Below, piece after piece: positions 53,191 through 64,000 of a DNA stretch of 64,000 bases (within the stretch, counting starts at the first letter, position 1; each line of letters opens with the position of its first letter). The notes under the pieces are model-generated. The model made no database searches, was not told the DNA's origin, and was given only the letters and a program-made list of their open reading frames with translations. The stretch is from Adineta vaga (Eukaryota; Animalia; Rotifera), in the NCBI GenBank assembly GCA_021613535.1, contig CP075494.1, forward strand, positions 3,286,001 to 3,350,000, written 5' to 3'. The translations under genes were made by a program, and so were the position numbers.

Positions 53191-53635
53191 TCATCATTCA
53201 ACTCGATCCATCTTCTGGGTTTTATTTTTTAATTGAGCATACCAAATTCAATACAAATACAAAATTGAACCAGAAATATCTGATTTTGATTCCAAGCCAA
53301 TTGATCATCTATTCTATAGTACTCGATGATAAATAATAAAAATTTGATCGCACGTTCTGCGACAGCATAGTATACTATTTAAGATGCATAAGATCTGACT
53401 CAATTTTTGTGTCTATTTGCATATTCTTTCCTTTCTTTAATTCACTTAAAGTGTAGTCTCATGTTTACAAATTAATTTCGTCATCATGCGATTTTCTCCT
53501 TCGGAGATGCAGTACTAAACACAACATTCTTGTTCACAGTTCCTGGCTCTGAATATTCTCCTGTTTTATTTGTCAGCCAGAGCAGGATTTCTATTTCTAC
53601 ATGCCGATATCTTTCGTATTCAACATTTTTCTGTG

Positions 53636-56059
53636 CTACATTAGAGAGGAGATAAATTTATAAATATTTTGTGTTCTGTCAAAGTTTCTTTCATAGATTT
53701 GGAGGTGAGGATGGGCTACTGGTAATACTTGTCTTCCAATTTGAAGAGCAGATTTATAAAATAGATAGGCATTCGAATAATCACCCATGTTGTGATACGC
53801 ATTGCCGATGTTGTTGTAGGATGAAGCCACAGCTGGATGATTGGAAGGAAGTGATTGTTGTCGAATTTTGAGAGCTTGTTCATGTGATGATAGTGCTTTG
53901 GGATAATCACCCATGTCAGAATACACAGTACCGATGTTGTTGTAGGATGAAGCCACGTCTGGATGATTGGAAGGAAGTGATTGTTGTCGAATTTTGAGAG
54001 CTTCTTCATGTGATGATAGTGCTTTGGGATAATCACCCATGTCAGAATACACATTACCGATGTTGTTGTAGGACGAAGCCACATCTGGATGATTGGAAGG
54101 AAGTGATTGTTGCCGAATTTTGAGAGCTTGTTCATGTGATGATAGTGCTTTGGGATAATCACCCATGTCAGAATACACATTACCGATGTTGTTGTAGGAT
54201 GAAGCCACAGCTGGATGATTGGAAGGAAGTGATTGTTGTCGAATTTTGAGACATTGTTCATGTGATGATAGTGCTTTGGGATAATCACCCATGTCAGAAT
54301 ACACACTACCGATGTTGTTGTAGGACGAAGCCACATCTGGATGATTGGAAGGAAGTGATTGCAGTTGAATTTTGAGACATTGTTCATATGATGATAGTGC
54401 TTTGGGATAATCACCCATGTCAGAATACACATTACCGATGTTGTTGTAGGATGAAGCCACAGCTGGATGATTGGAAGGAAGTGATTGTTGCCGAATTTTG
54501 AGAGCTTGTTCATATGATGATAGTGCTTTGGGATAATCACCCATGCCAGAATACACATTACCGATGTTGTTGTAGGATGAAGCCACATCTGGATGATTGG
54601 AAGGAAGTGATTGTTGTCGAATTTCAAGACATTTTTTATAAAGTATTATGGCTTCCTTGTATTGTCCTTTCTGGCATTTTATTGAACCAAGTTGGTTATA
54701 AATGGATACGTTGTCACCGTCGTTCATTCTCTCATCATGTAGAAATTTACATATTCGTTCAGCAGTGTCACATTGTCCCACGGCAGATAATACCAAACTC
54801 ATTCTATACCATCCTCCGGAGTTCGGGGAACTCTCTTCTCGAATGTGTTTAGTAAGCATACATAACGTTTCATCATTATCACTGGTTAATAATAGATTCA
54901 CCTCATACACTGGTGCATTTTCATCCATTAGCCTCATGTCATGTATACGAAAGATGGTATGCATTGAAAAGAGAATTTCATCTTCCTCTGGAAACTGACT
55001 GATATGTCGAACCGAAGCATACGGTGTTGTAGATTGACTAGGATCAATTCTCATTACAAAAACAACACTCACCACATCACTATTCTGTCCATTTGTTGGA
55101 GTAAAAAGTAACGAGGCATCGCGGTTTCTACTTGTTGATAAGAAATTATGGAATGACATTAGTCCACCTTTTGATTTTAACATTTCATCAAAATCTCTCT
55201 TTGTCATACCTTGACCACGATAAACTGTAAAGATTTCAGCGGTAGAAGTGTTTGGAAATTGTTGTTTGTGTAATTCTTCAATATGTCGATGAAGATCACT
55301 GATGAAAAAACCCATTAATGTAATTATTTCACCATTCATCACTCGTAGGGCACGATTCAACATTCCAAACAAAAATCTCTCTGTTGTATACCACCAAATG
55401 GGTGTCTGCTGATGATACCCACTTTCCAACTGTTTAACTTTCTTTCGATCGATATCATTGTCAACAAATGTATCACAATAGTAATCAACATATTCTTTGA
55501 TGTGTTTATCTTCAAAGGTGATGGTTAATAGTATTTCTTTGATGATTTGTGTGTACATAAATGACGGTTCTAATTGATCCAATCGTTTTTCAGGTGCCAC
55601 AAAACTCATTGGCATGGCATTGTATTCATGTTGACGAATTATTTTTTGTAATTGATGACAGATATTTGTGATGTCTATAGAAATATCTTTTACCTTACAC
55701 CACTGTTTTGCCCAATGTTCATGTCGATTTTTGTTGTCAGTGAAGATAAAAATAGAATCAATTTGTGAGATATCATGTATACATGGCACGATATGTTGTC
55801 CAATTGATCCGGAAACAATCATGCATACTTTTGTGTCGATGGCGTTGAGAATAAATTCTATACATTGATCATTATCAGTGAATGTATGAATCTCATGAAC
55901 AACGTGATAAAGTTGTGTGATTGTATTTTGATTGTCCTGGTTATTGTTGTGAATGGAACTGTCTAACCAGACTACAAGAACATCTTGTATTGGGTGAATA
56001 TTGACATGATTATATTTGTTGGATTCATGGAAAATCATTGAAGTCTGCTCATTTGCCAT
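53636..56059 (-). CDS. ADP-ribosyltransferase domain + TPR-repeat protein, intronless
   Basis: IWWYT, TVYRGQ, FLSTS, EDEILF ART motifs; 42-aa repeats YNNIGxVYSDMGDYPKALSS.EQ.LKIRQQSLPSNHP.VASS. Confidence 0.92.
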   Translation of the reverse strand: MANEQTSMIFHESNKYNHVNIHPIQDVLVVWLDSSIHNNNQDNQNTITQLYHVVHEIHTFTDNDQCIEFILNAIDTKVCMIVSGSIGQHIVPCIHDISQIDSIFIFTDNKNRHEHWAKQWCKVKDISIDITNICHQLQKIIRQHEYNAMPMSFVAPEKRLDQLEPSFMYTQIIKEILLTITFEDKHIKEYVDYYCDTFVDNDIDRKKVKQLESGYHQQTPIWWYTTERFLFGMLNRALRVMNGEIITLMGFFISDLHRHIEELHKQQFPNTSTAEIFTVYRGQGMTKRDFDEMLKSKGGLMSFHNFLSTSRNRDASLLFTPTNGQNSDVVSVVFVMRIDPSQSTTPYASVRHISQFPEEDEILFSMHTIFRIHDMRLMDENAPVYEVNLLLTSDNDETLCMLTKHIREESSPNSGGWYRMSLVLSAVGQCDTAERICKFLHDERMNDGDNVSIYNQLGSIKCQKGQYKEAIILYKKCLEIRQQSLPSNHPDVASSYNNIGNVYSGMGDYPKALSSYEQALKIRQQSLPSNHPAVASSYNNIGNVYSDMGDYPKALSSYEQCLKIQLQSLPSNHPDVASSYNNIGSVYSDMGDYPKALSSHEQCLKIRQQSLPSNHPAVASSYNNIGNVYSDMGDYPKALSSHEQALKIRQQSLPSNHPDVASSYNNIGNVYSDMGDYPKALSSHEEALKIRQQSLPSNHPDVASSYNNIGTVYSDMGDYPKALSSHEQALKIRQQSLPSNHPAVASSYNNIGNAYHNMGDYSNAYLFYKSALQIGRQVLPVAHPHLQIYERNFDRTQNIYKFISSLM
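53770..54630 (-). repeat. 126-bp tandem repeat (about 7 near-identical units) encoding TPRs
   Basis: Recurring GGATGATTGGAAGGAAGTGATTG and GATAGTGCTTTGGGATAATCACCCATG at 126-bp period. Confidence 0.95.
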
Positions 56060-56738
56060 TCACTCAGAGTTTTGTTGTTTGTGACGTACGTAGTTATATA
56101 TAAATATAATGTTTGAAAGAAAAGTTAAAAGTAAAACAACAACAAAAAATGTGCTGCTTTCAATCTTTCAATTCTTGAAGTGAAATTAGTTTTTTTCTTT
56201 CTACAAAAATAATTTGTGTTCGAAGATGTTGATGATGACATCGACAAAAAAGAAAGGCGTAAGTGCTTCATTTCTCAACAGAATGAATAAATCAGATTGT
56301 TTTAGTATATATAGTTTGCGAATTCAAAAGTAACATAAAAATTAGATATTTTGAAGGGAAAAGTATTCATTTACTTCACAAATATATCTTTTACTATGGA
56401 AACTGCAGTATTATCTACGAATTGATCAGTTATACCTGCCAATTTGGATTCTTTTTGCAGTAACGAAATTATTGTCACATTCTTATTCTCGACTGAAAGC
56501 AAATAAACATTGGAAAAAAACTCGTGTGTAATAATGAAAAAAAAATCAATGAGATACGAAAGGGCATAACGAAAGAAAAATGATGACAATAAATCAATCA
56601 TGAATTCCTTAGAAGAAACCATTATGATCAACAATCTTGTATCCTTTCAAATAAAAGTCTGATATATTATTAAACCTCCTCTTTATCAAGAAATAAACAC
56701 TATAGTCTTAAAACTTCACATTATATTCGTCGATTAGA

Positions 56739-56804
56739 TTAAGAATGAGCATGGATGACAAGATGAATATCTTGAATTTCTCTGATTTGCATCCACATTC
56801 TTAA
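56739..56804. repeat. AT-shifted palindrome copy
   Basis: TTAAGAATG...GGATG...CATCCACATTCTTAA. Confidence 0.5.
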
Positions 56805-57331
56805 TTCTAGATTTATATTTGCATGAGTCGACATTTGTGGAAAATGTTCAGTATCAGTAAAGAATCTATTCGTACCGATAAATTTTTCTTCGGTCATTTT
56901 TAGACAATTCGATTGATCATTTGACAATTGTGTCATAAAGTTTTCCTATCAAGTAGAACAAGTGAATCAATAATTGATTTAGATCATAAGTATATTGACA
57001 TCAATCGCACTTTATTTGACAAAATCTTTTAACGAAAAACTCCCCATGCACCACGTCAATAGTCTTATCCTACTGTGTAAGTTAATGAAATGTTTCTTGA
57101 TTATACTGCTGTATTTCATGTGTATTCATTTGTTGATCAATACTCTTTTCACATCAATTCACAAGCCTATTATATTTTTTGTTCTTTTTCTTCCTTGTAT
57201 TTCACAACTATAATGTAATTTCAAATGCTATGCAAGAAGGAATGACGAAATGTGACATTTTCTTTCTTTCACATGGTTAAACCCATCACAGAAAGAAAAA
57301 CAACCTTATTATATTAAGTATAGTGAGAGAA

Positions 57332-58269
57332 ATGCCTGAATTAATTGAAAATCTCTTGTCGATTGATGAAGCAAATGCTACACTAAATGCATTACGACCA
57401 GATGGTAATGAAATTTCCTATGGTCAATATTATGCATTGAAAGATAATTATTTACTTGCTCGTCTACAACGATAAATGGCATTTCAAGCATCGATGAATC
57501 CATCGGGTGATTTTCCTTGGTATCGATGTACAATGTCGTCAGTTCCTCAAAATAAAATCATCTATACTTCATGGACACCAACTATTCAAAAAGTCAAAGA
57601 TTTAATGGAACAAAAAACAGGTGAAACTTGGAATTTCGCTCATATTATCTATTATAGAGATGGAGATGATAGTATGGGAATGCATAGTGATACAATGTTA
57701 GATTTAGTATCAAGTTCAAAAACTGCTGTTGTCAGTTTTGGCGCTACACAACAAAGATTTAGTTAAATGAACTATCATATATGAAGTTTGATCTCCCAAG
57801 CAATTCACTTTTCTTATTGGATGAACATACCAATAAACATTATGTACATGGAATAAAAAAGAAACGAAAACATGATGTTGATGATCGAATTGCAATTGTA
57901 TTTCGACATGTAACAACATTTAAAACTGATGATGGTAAATTGTATGGTCATGGATCAACATGTCTAACAAAGCAGGGTATTATTCAAAGAGAAACACGAC
58001 AAGAGTTCTTTCAATATTTAATTTCATTCTTACTTACTACTTTATTAATTTTCTTACTTCCAATCTCTTTCCCTACGCATTGGTCAAAAAAATTAGCAAT
58101 TGGAGGATTTCTTTGGATCGTTATCTATATTCTTGTTAGAAAAAGCGAACGACTCATACGCAATTATATGAATAAGAAAAATAATGAGCGTTTACAAAAA
58201 CTATGTCAAATGAAGAATTTTAAAATTTGGGATCAGACAGACATGCGAAACTTTTTAAAATATTCATAA
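57332..58269 (+). pseudogene. AlkB-like 2OG-Fe(II) dioxygenase with C-terminal TM hairpin; in-frame stop and frameshift
   Basis: YYRDGDDSMGMHSD, VVSFGA, YVHGI, RIAIVFRHV; TAA at 57473-57475; frame break near 57760. Confidence 0.8.
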
Positions 58270-58954
58270 ATTTTCATATACATAGTATAAGTTGTTCCAT
58301 CTTAGATATGCGTGGTAGGATATTCTAGATACTTCATCCATCTTGGATTTGTTCAAATAATAATTTTTCTTTCATATAGTTTTCATTTGGAAAAATCAAA
58401 ACAATCATAATTCTATTTGATTTAGACGTGGTCAACAAACAAATGAACACATTTAGAACACTTTGACATTTATAATGTTCCTTTATTTATAGTGTAAATA
58501 AGCAGTACTTTAATTCATCATTTAAAATATCTCACTCCTATTCTGCTAAATTTAAGACATCAAACATTTTATTATTTATATTGATCTTCTATTGACAAAC
58601 TTCAGATCATAGAAAAACGTTTATACGAATATTTGAAAGAATACATTTTAGGTCACGATGCTTTTTATTCTGGAACTTGATCTTTAGACAAAAATATATT
58701 GAGGATATTTGATTATTGATAGAGTCGAACATTATAGTCAGAATGAAAAAAAGGACAAATAATCGTCGACATTAAGAAATAAAAAGAGAATAACATTGTT
58801 TAGACTGTCAAAACAATTTTTGTTTCAATTTTCACAATGATATGTGTGAATAGTTTGAAACTATTGAGCATAGTGATGATTATTCGACAAATATCAAGTC
58901 CGTGAATAAGATTTCGATAATACTAAGAATATAAATCGATTATATTACATTTAG

Positions 58955-59680
58955 CACTTACTTATAATCGACCAAGAATTTTGTCAAAATGCATTATGGA
59001 ATTCGAATGCTACGACTTTCGTCGGTAGCAACATAGTTGGATCACGTCCATATGATAGTGTTTTCGTGTGGACCAACGAAAGTTCTTTACCGACAAAGAA
59101 TATTTCCATTAATATAAAAAGTCCGTACAGTGTTTTTGTTACAGAAACTGGCAGAATTTATATTGATAGTGACATGTGAAGAATGTTCCGATATGTTTAT
59201 CGATAATAATATTAATCTTTACTGTTCAATGTATGATAATCATCAAGTTGTAAACAAATCATTAAATACTCGGTCAAATGTATTGACAATTGTTGCTGGT
59301 ACTGGTATGTCAGGAAATACTTCTGCATGCTTAATAATCGTTACGGAATATTTGTTGATACGAATTTTGATTTTTATGTGGCAGATGTAAACAATAATCG
59401 AATACAAATCTGTCGACAGGGACAATTAAATGGAATAACGATTGCAGGAAATCGATCTCAAAATATTACATATACACTCGATTTTCCAAGCGATATTGTC
59501 CTTGATGGTAATCATTATATGTATATTGTAGATGGTGGTAGTTTTCGTATAATTGGTGAAGGATCATATGGTTTTCGATGTTTAATTGGATGTTTCAGTA
59601 CAAATGGTTCAGCATCCTATCAATTATGTCGTCCACGAAGTCTTAGCTTTGATAGTTATGGAAACATGTACATCGCAGAT
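58955..59680 (+). pseudogene. NHL-repeat protein relic
   Basis: YGIFVDTNFDFYVADVNNNRIQ; LDFPSDIVLDG; PRSLSFDSYGNMYIAD; frameshifts. Confidence 0.75.
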
Positions 59681-60548
59681 ATTCCAACCATTATCAAAGG
59701 TGATGTAATGTATCATTTCGCAATCGATTATTCATCGAAATCAAATATATAAGAACGCGATTATATTTCAACAATTATCAAACGCTTTTACATAATAAGA
59801 GTTATTTTTAATGGCTAGTGTCAAAGAAGAAGAAAAAGTAATGGCTGCAGTTAGTAAAAATCAAATGTATTTGGACTATATTAATCAAGCCACTGTTGGT
59901 ATCTTAAAGAATTCTTTACAATATCTATGTGATATGAAGAAACTAACTCCAAATCAATCAATAGCTATATTTTTTAATTCAGAAAATAAGGAAACATCCC
60001 TAGAATTAATATATGATCTTCTTGAAAAATATGTTCAATACAATTATGATGCATTTTGTTATGCGTATCAAAATTTTTATATTGATTCAAATATTTCATT
60101 AAAACAAGCATTAGATTTAAATGGTGATCATTATGCTTTGACTCATTTCAATAAAATATTTCAAGATAATTGTTCAAATTATATTCCTGGTCCAAAACAT
60201 CTCGGCTGTTTGATTGTGTGTACTAGATCTCATTATATGCCATTACGTTTTTCAACTATTCTCAATAGTCATATTGAATGTACTACCAGTGCTTTGATAG
60301 AAAGTCATGATAAAAATTGAAGTGAAGCAGAACAAAATGTAGTTCGTCATATGTTACAAGTTCTTGTTGACCAATCAATTGACTGGATTAATAAAACTAA
60401 ACAAGAAGAATTAAAGAAAATGCCATTTATTTGTCAAGATGAAAATTGGGATTTAGTCACTTTTCCACAAGACAAACAAGTCATTGCACTTGAAAATATC
60501 AAAAAGTTTTGGAATGAACTTCAACAAAGTGAATTATCATCATCATAA
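59681..60548 (+). pseudogene. Unknown protein relic joined to the NHL fragment; in-frame TGA at 60318
   Basis: ORFs 59811-60320 and 60351-60548 are in the same frame; no recognised domain. Confidence 0.45.
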
Positions 60549-60777
60549 ATAAAATCTTCATATATACACTTGAAAGTGTTATCTTTACTGGAAAACAAGA
60601 GGAAAGAACCGCGTCATATTTAGAAATTTTCATTCAAATAATATAAATACAAGTAAAGCTCTTTTTTCTTTCGATTCAACGTTTTTAAGATTAACTATTA
60701 TTAGCTCAATTATTTTTATTTAATCAGAAATAGCACAACATAAATATTTAATGAATAATTGAAAAAATTCTTTGTGA

Positions 60778-60834
60778 TGAGGGTGTGGGTGGGTGTAAAA
60801 GAAGAGAAGATACTCACACCCACACCCTCAAGAT
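60778..60834. repeat. Telomere-like palindrome copy (near consensus)
   Basis: TGAGGGTGTGGGTGGGTGT...ACTCACACCCACACCCTCAAGAT. Confidence 0.92.
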
Positions 60835-61229
60835 AAACGACTATGTTTTGATTTCAATTCTTATTGAAAATATATCGATAGAATAAAGAAAAATTATTAA
60901 ATTTAATTGATAAAATATTATTTATTAAATGATTTGAATAGATTTTGTTAATAAAAAAATCTTTTAATGTTTTTTATTTGAAAATCTAAAATAACTCAAG
61001 AAATTATAAACATTTATTTGAATTGACAAAAATCATTTATTTATATTGTTTAATTTAAAATAAAAATCAGAAATTTTATCTTAAACTTAAATTTTAAGAA
61101 AATAAAAAAGTGTGATTTAATAAAAAAAAAGTTCTTAAAAAAGATAAATGAATTTTAAATATTTGTTAAATAATTTGGATTTTTTGAAATAAAATATAAA
61201 AAGCAAAAGAATTCTTTTAATAATTAAAA

Positions 61230-62153
61230 ATGATTTCTTCAATCTTTTTCTTCTTCTTAATTTAACAAATTCAAGGTTAAATTTTATTTCAATTTGTATT
61301 ATTCTTTTTCTTTTTCTTTTTTGAAAAAAAAAGGAATTTCATTTGATTCATCATGGAATTCTAATGGAACAATAATTGTAAATCAAACATTAATTGGATT
61401 ATTTCCTTCAGATTTCTTTATTGATAAAAATAATACAATTTTTATTCCAAATCGAGAAACAAAACAAATTCTTCGTTTTTCTCTTCAAGGAAATTTAAAT
61501 TCATCAACTATTTTTATTGGGGAAACAAATGAAATATATTTTGATACATTTGAATTTAATGGTGGTATTAGTCAAATTCAATTCAATTCAACAAATCTAA
61601 TAAAACAAATGAATTTATGTGAACAATGTTTTGATATTTTTATTGATTCGAATCAAAATCTTTTATTTCAATCAGAATCTTTTATTGGCCAAACTATTGC
61701 GGGAAATTATTCGTTAAATTATACAATTAATTTAAATTGTCCTTCTGATATTATTTTAGATTTTAATCATTTTTTATTTATTATTGATTCAAATAATCAA
61801 AGAATTATTCAAAAAAAACAAAATGGATTTTTTTGTATTATTGGTTGTTCAAATTCACAATTAAATTATCCTTCAACTATTTCATTTGATTCATTTGGAA
61901 ATATTTTTATTATTAATCAAAATAATCATCAATTAATTAAATTTGATTTAATTATTTATCAATCGAAAGGTTTCGTTTTTTAATTTATTTATTTTCATTC
62001 AAATAAATTATCTTTTTTAGGATGGATTAACACAGGAAATATGAGTGTTGGACGAAGATATCATACAGCAACAATTTTATCAAATGGCACAGTTTTAGTT
62101 ACGGGTGGAGACAATAGTGCTATTCATCTCAAAAGTGCTGAATTATATGAATA
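61230..62153 (+). pseudogene. AT-eroded NHL-repeat gene with a single terminal kelch exon
   Basis: LNCPSDIILD..FIIDSNNQRII; LNYPSTISFDSFGNIFI; final exon GWINTGNMSVGRRYHTATILSNGTVLVTGGD..SAELYE*. Confidence 0.65.
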
Positions 62154-62952
62154 AAATGTGATGAAAAGAGAAAAAACGAATTATTTTAAATTAAAACCTA
62201 AAGCAAAATTTTTTGAAAAAGAAAAATAATTTTTAAAAGAAAAAAACAAAATAAATTTAAAAATTTGACGAAGAAAAGATGAAAATATTTAAATAAAAAT
62301 AAATTCGAAATGAAAAATTGTAAAGAATATTTTTTTTTAAAATAAAAACAAATTCAACAAAATCTTTTCGTATTTTTATTTTAATTTAACTTTTAATTAA
62401 GTAATTTTCGATAAAACGATGAAATATTTGCTTTTATTATTTATTTATAACGAAATTTTTCTTTGATCATCTTTTTAATTTTGAAATATTTATAAAATAA
62501 TACAAAGATTTCTTTTAAATTTATTATTAATAAGGAGAAAGATTTATTAATTATTAATACAATTCAATAAAAATCGATCATATTTTCTATGAAAATAATA
62601 CAAAAACATTGAAATATTCAATAGAAATTTCATTTGCGTATTTTATATTTTTAATTGAAAAAGAATACACCAAAATAGAAAAGATAAAATAACACTGGTA
62701 CGTATCATCGGTAAAAATAACATTACGAAAAAGCAGATCGTTTCTGTAAATGTGCTCGAAATACAGATCGTAGAATTCTTTCAATGGGCTAATACAACAG
62801 CTCCAAAAGCATTAGCTGATATATTCGAGGCATTGGGTGGTGCCGTTTTTCTCGATTCGAATAATTCATTAGAAGTCGTATGGAATGTGTTTGAACCATT
62901 ATTTCGCCACTATATTGGTATTGAGTTTGATCAAAATAAATTTTACCTTCTA

Positions 62953-64000
62953 ACCCCTGTTGCATAAGTTTTGAGACAAATTTGTTTTATATATATCTCG
63001 GGTTAAACAAACTTTTTTTCCTTTCTCCCTATATCACGTGATAGAGCGTTGAAAGAAGTTCAGTTTGATCTAAAATAAATTAGTTCATCTTTATTCATAA
63101 TAAAATGGTACGTTCAGAAAGAGAATTCCTTGAAAAACGCATTGTACAACACTACGTGAACTTTGCTAAACATGAAAAAAGAATTACCGTAAATCATTTT
63201 TTACAAGAACAAATTCCACGTCCAACTATATATCGAATCATTAAAAAGTATGAACAATTTGGTGCTATTGGTGATAAGCCTAGAGTTGGTCGTCCTAAAA
63301 AATTATCAACACAACAATTAAATCGACTAAAACGCTTGACTGACCAAAAGACTGGAGTTTCATTACGTCAAATTCAACCAGAATTTAATGTCGATATTTC
63401 TACACTTAGTCGACAATTAAAAGCTATGGGTATTACGTATCGAAAAAAGAAACGAGCACCCAAATACACCGACAAACAACTTGATGAAATTCCAACACGT
63501 GCAAGACGATTATGCCGAGCATTATCTGAAGATAATGTTGAATTAGTGTTGGATGATGAAAAGTATTTCCTATTACATAATGAATCGATATCTGCTAACC
63601 GTGGTTTTTATACATCTGATCCAAGTGCTGCACCACCAGAAGTAAAATTTAAACGAACGAAAAAATTTGAACCCAAAATTATGGTGTGGATTGCCGTGTC
63701 CGAATATGGTATCTCCGAGCCCTTCTTCTCACAACAAAAACAAGCTATTACCAAAACTACTTATTTAAATAATTGTATTAAAGCTCGTTTGATGCCATTT
63801 ATTCAAAACAATCATTCTAAACAAAATGTGTTGTTCTGGCCTGATCTGGCGAGAAGCCATTATGCTCATCAAGTGATCGAATATTTAGATGAAAATAACA
63901 TTCGTTTTGTATCTGAACAAGAAAATCCACAAAACTGTCCACAAGCTCGACCAATCGAAACATTTTGGTCTATTCTTGAACAAATGGTATATGCTGGTGG
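62953..64000 (+). mobile_element. Tc1/mariner superfamily transposon (DD37E type), left end plus transposase, cut by window edge
   Basis: ta|ACCCCTGTTGCATAAGTTTTGAGACA TIR-like start followed by the transposase ORF. Confidence 0.85.
63105..64000 (+). CDS. DD37E transposase, open to window end
   Basis: Translated by hand: HTH..GRPKKL, LVLDDEKYF, IMVWIAVS, FWPDLARSHY, NPQNCPQARPIETFW; 37 residues between second D and E. Confidence 0.9.
   Translation, partial: MVRSEREFLEKRIVQHYVNFAKHEKRITVNHFLQEQIPRPTIYRIIKKYEQFGAIGDKPRVGRPKKLSTQQLNRLKRLTDQKTGVSLRQIQPEFNVDISTLSRQLKAMGITYRKKKRAPKYTDKQLDEIPTRARRLCRALSEDNVELVLDDEKYFLLHNESISANRGFYTSDPSAAPPEVKFKRTKKFEPKIMVWIAVSEYGISEPFFSQQKQAITKTTYLNNCIKARLMPFIQNNHSKQNVLFWPDLARSHYAHQVIEYLDENNIRFVSEQENPQNCPQARPIETFWSILEQMVYAG

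Noticed and set aside
53671-54998. Long alternative-frame and antisense ORFs over the TPR gene (e.g. 53716-54627, 303 aa)
   Set aside because: By-product of a 126-bp repeat that lacks stops in that frame.
58298-58345. Further very degenerate palindrome candidates (also near 12021, 51970, 52342)
   Set aside because: Positions fit gene boundaries, but similarity is too weak without a profile search.
32171-60320. Alternative genetic code or stop read-through (in-frame TGA at 32171 and 60318)
   Set aside because: In-frame TAA and TAG and frameshifts occur too, and intact genes end in all three stops, so ordinary pseudogenisation explains it.
844-60834. Palindrome copies as a CRISPR array
   Set aside because: Copies are kilobases apart, divergent and separated by whole genes; no cas genes; eukaryotic context.

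Overview
Very AT-rich eukaryotic DNA with short GT-AG introns. The gene content (Cys-rich TM-module proteins, kelch, NHL and FG-GAP secreted proteins, ART-TPR, F-box/LRR, divergent GPCRs, foreign-looking GH10, GH27 and AlkB) points to a bdelloid rotifer; this assignment is inference. The window holds about 25 genes or gene relics, many with premature stops or frameshifts. It also has a tRNA-Phe-like gene followed by a U6 snRNA, two MITE-like elements and a DD37E Tc1/mariner transposon running off the right end. The most striking unexplained structure is a ~50-75 bp imperfect palindrome, approximately CATCTTGAGGGTGTGGGTG-spacer-CACCCACACCCTCAAGATG, whose arms are built from TGNGGG telomere-like hexamers. 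About 24 copies are recognisable by eye. They lie at most gene boundaries, and in three places coding sequence runs directly into the TGAGGG edge of the element. The region therefore reads like an array of gene cassettes separated by a recurrent palindromic site. All coordinates were read by eye, so exon boundaries are approximate.
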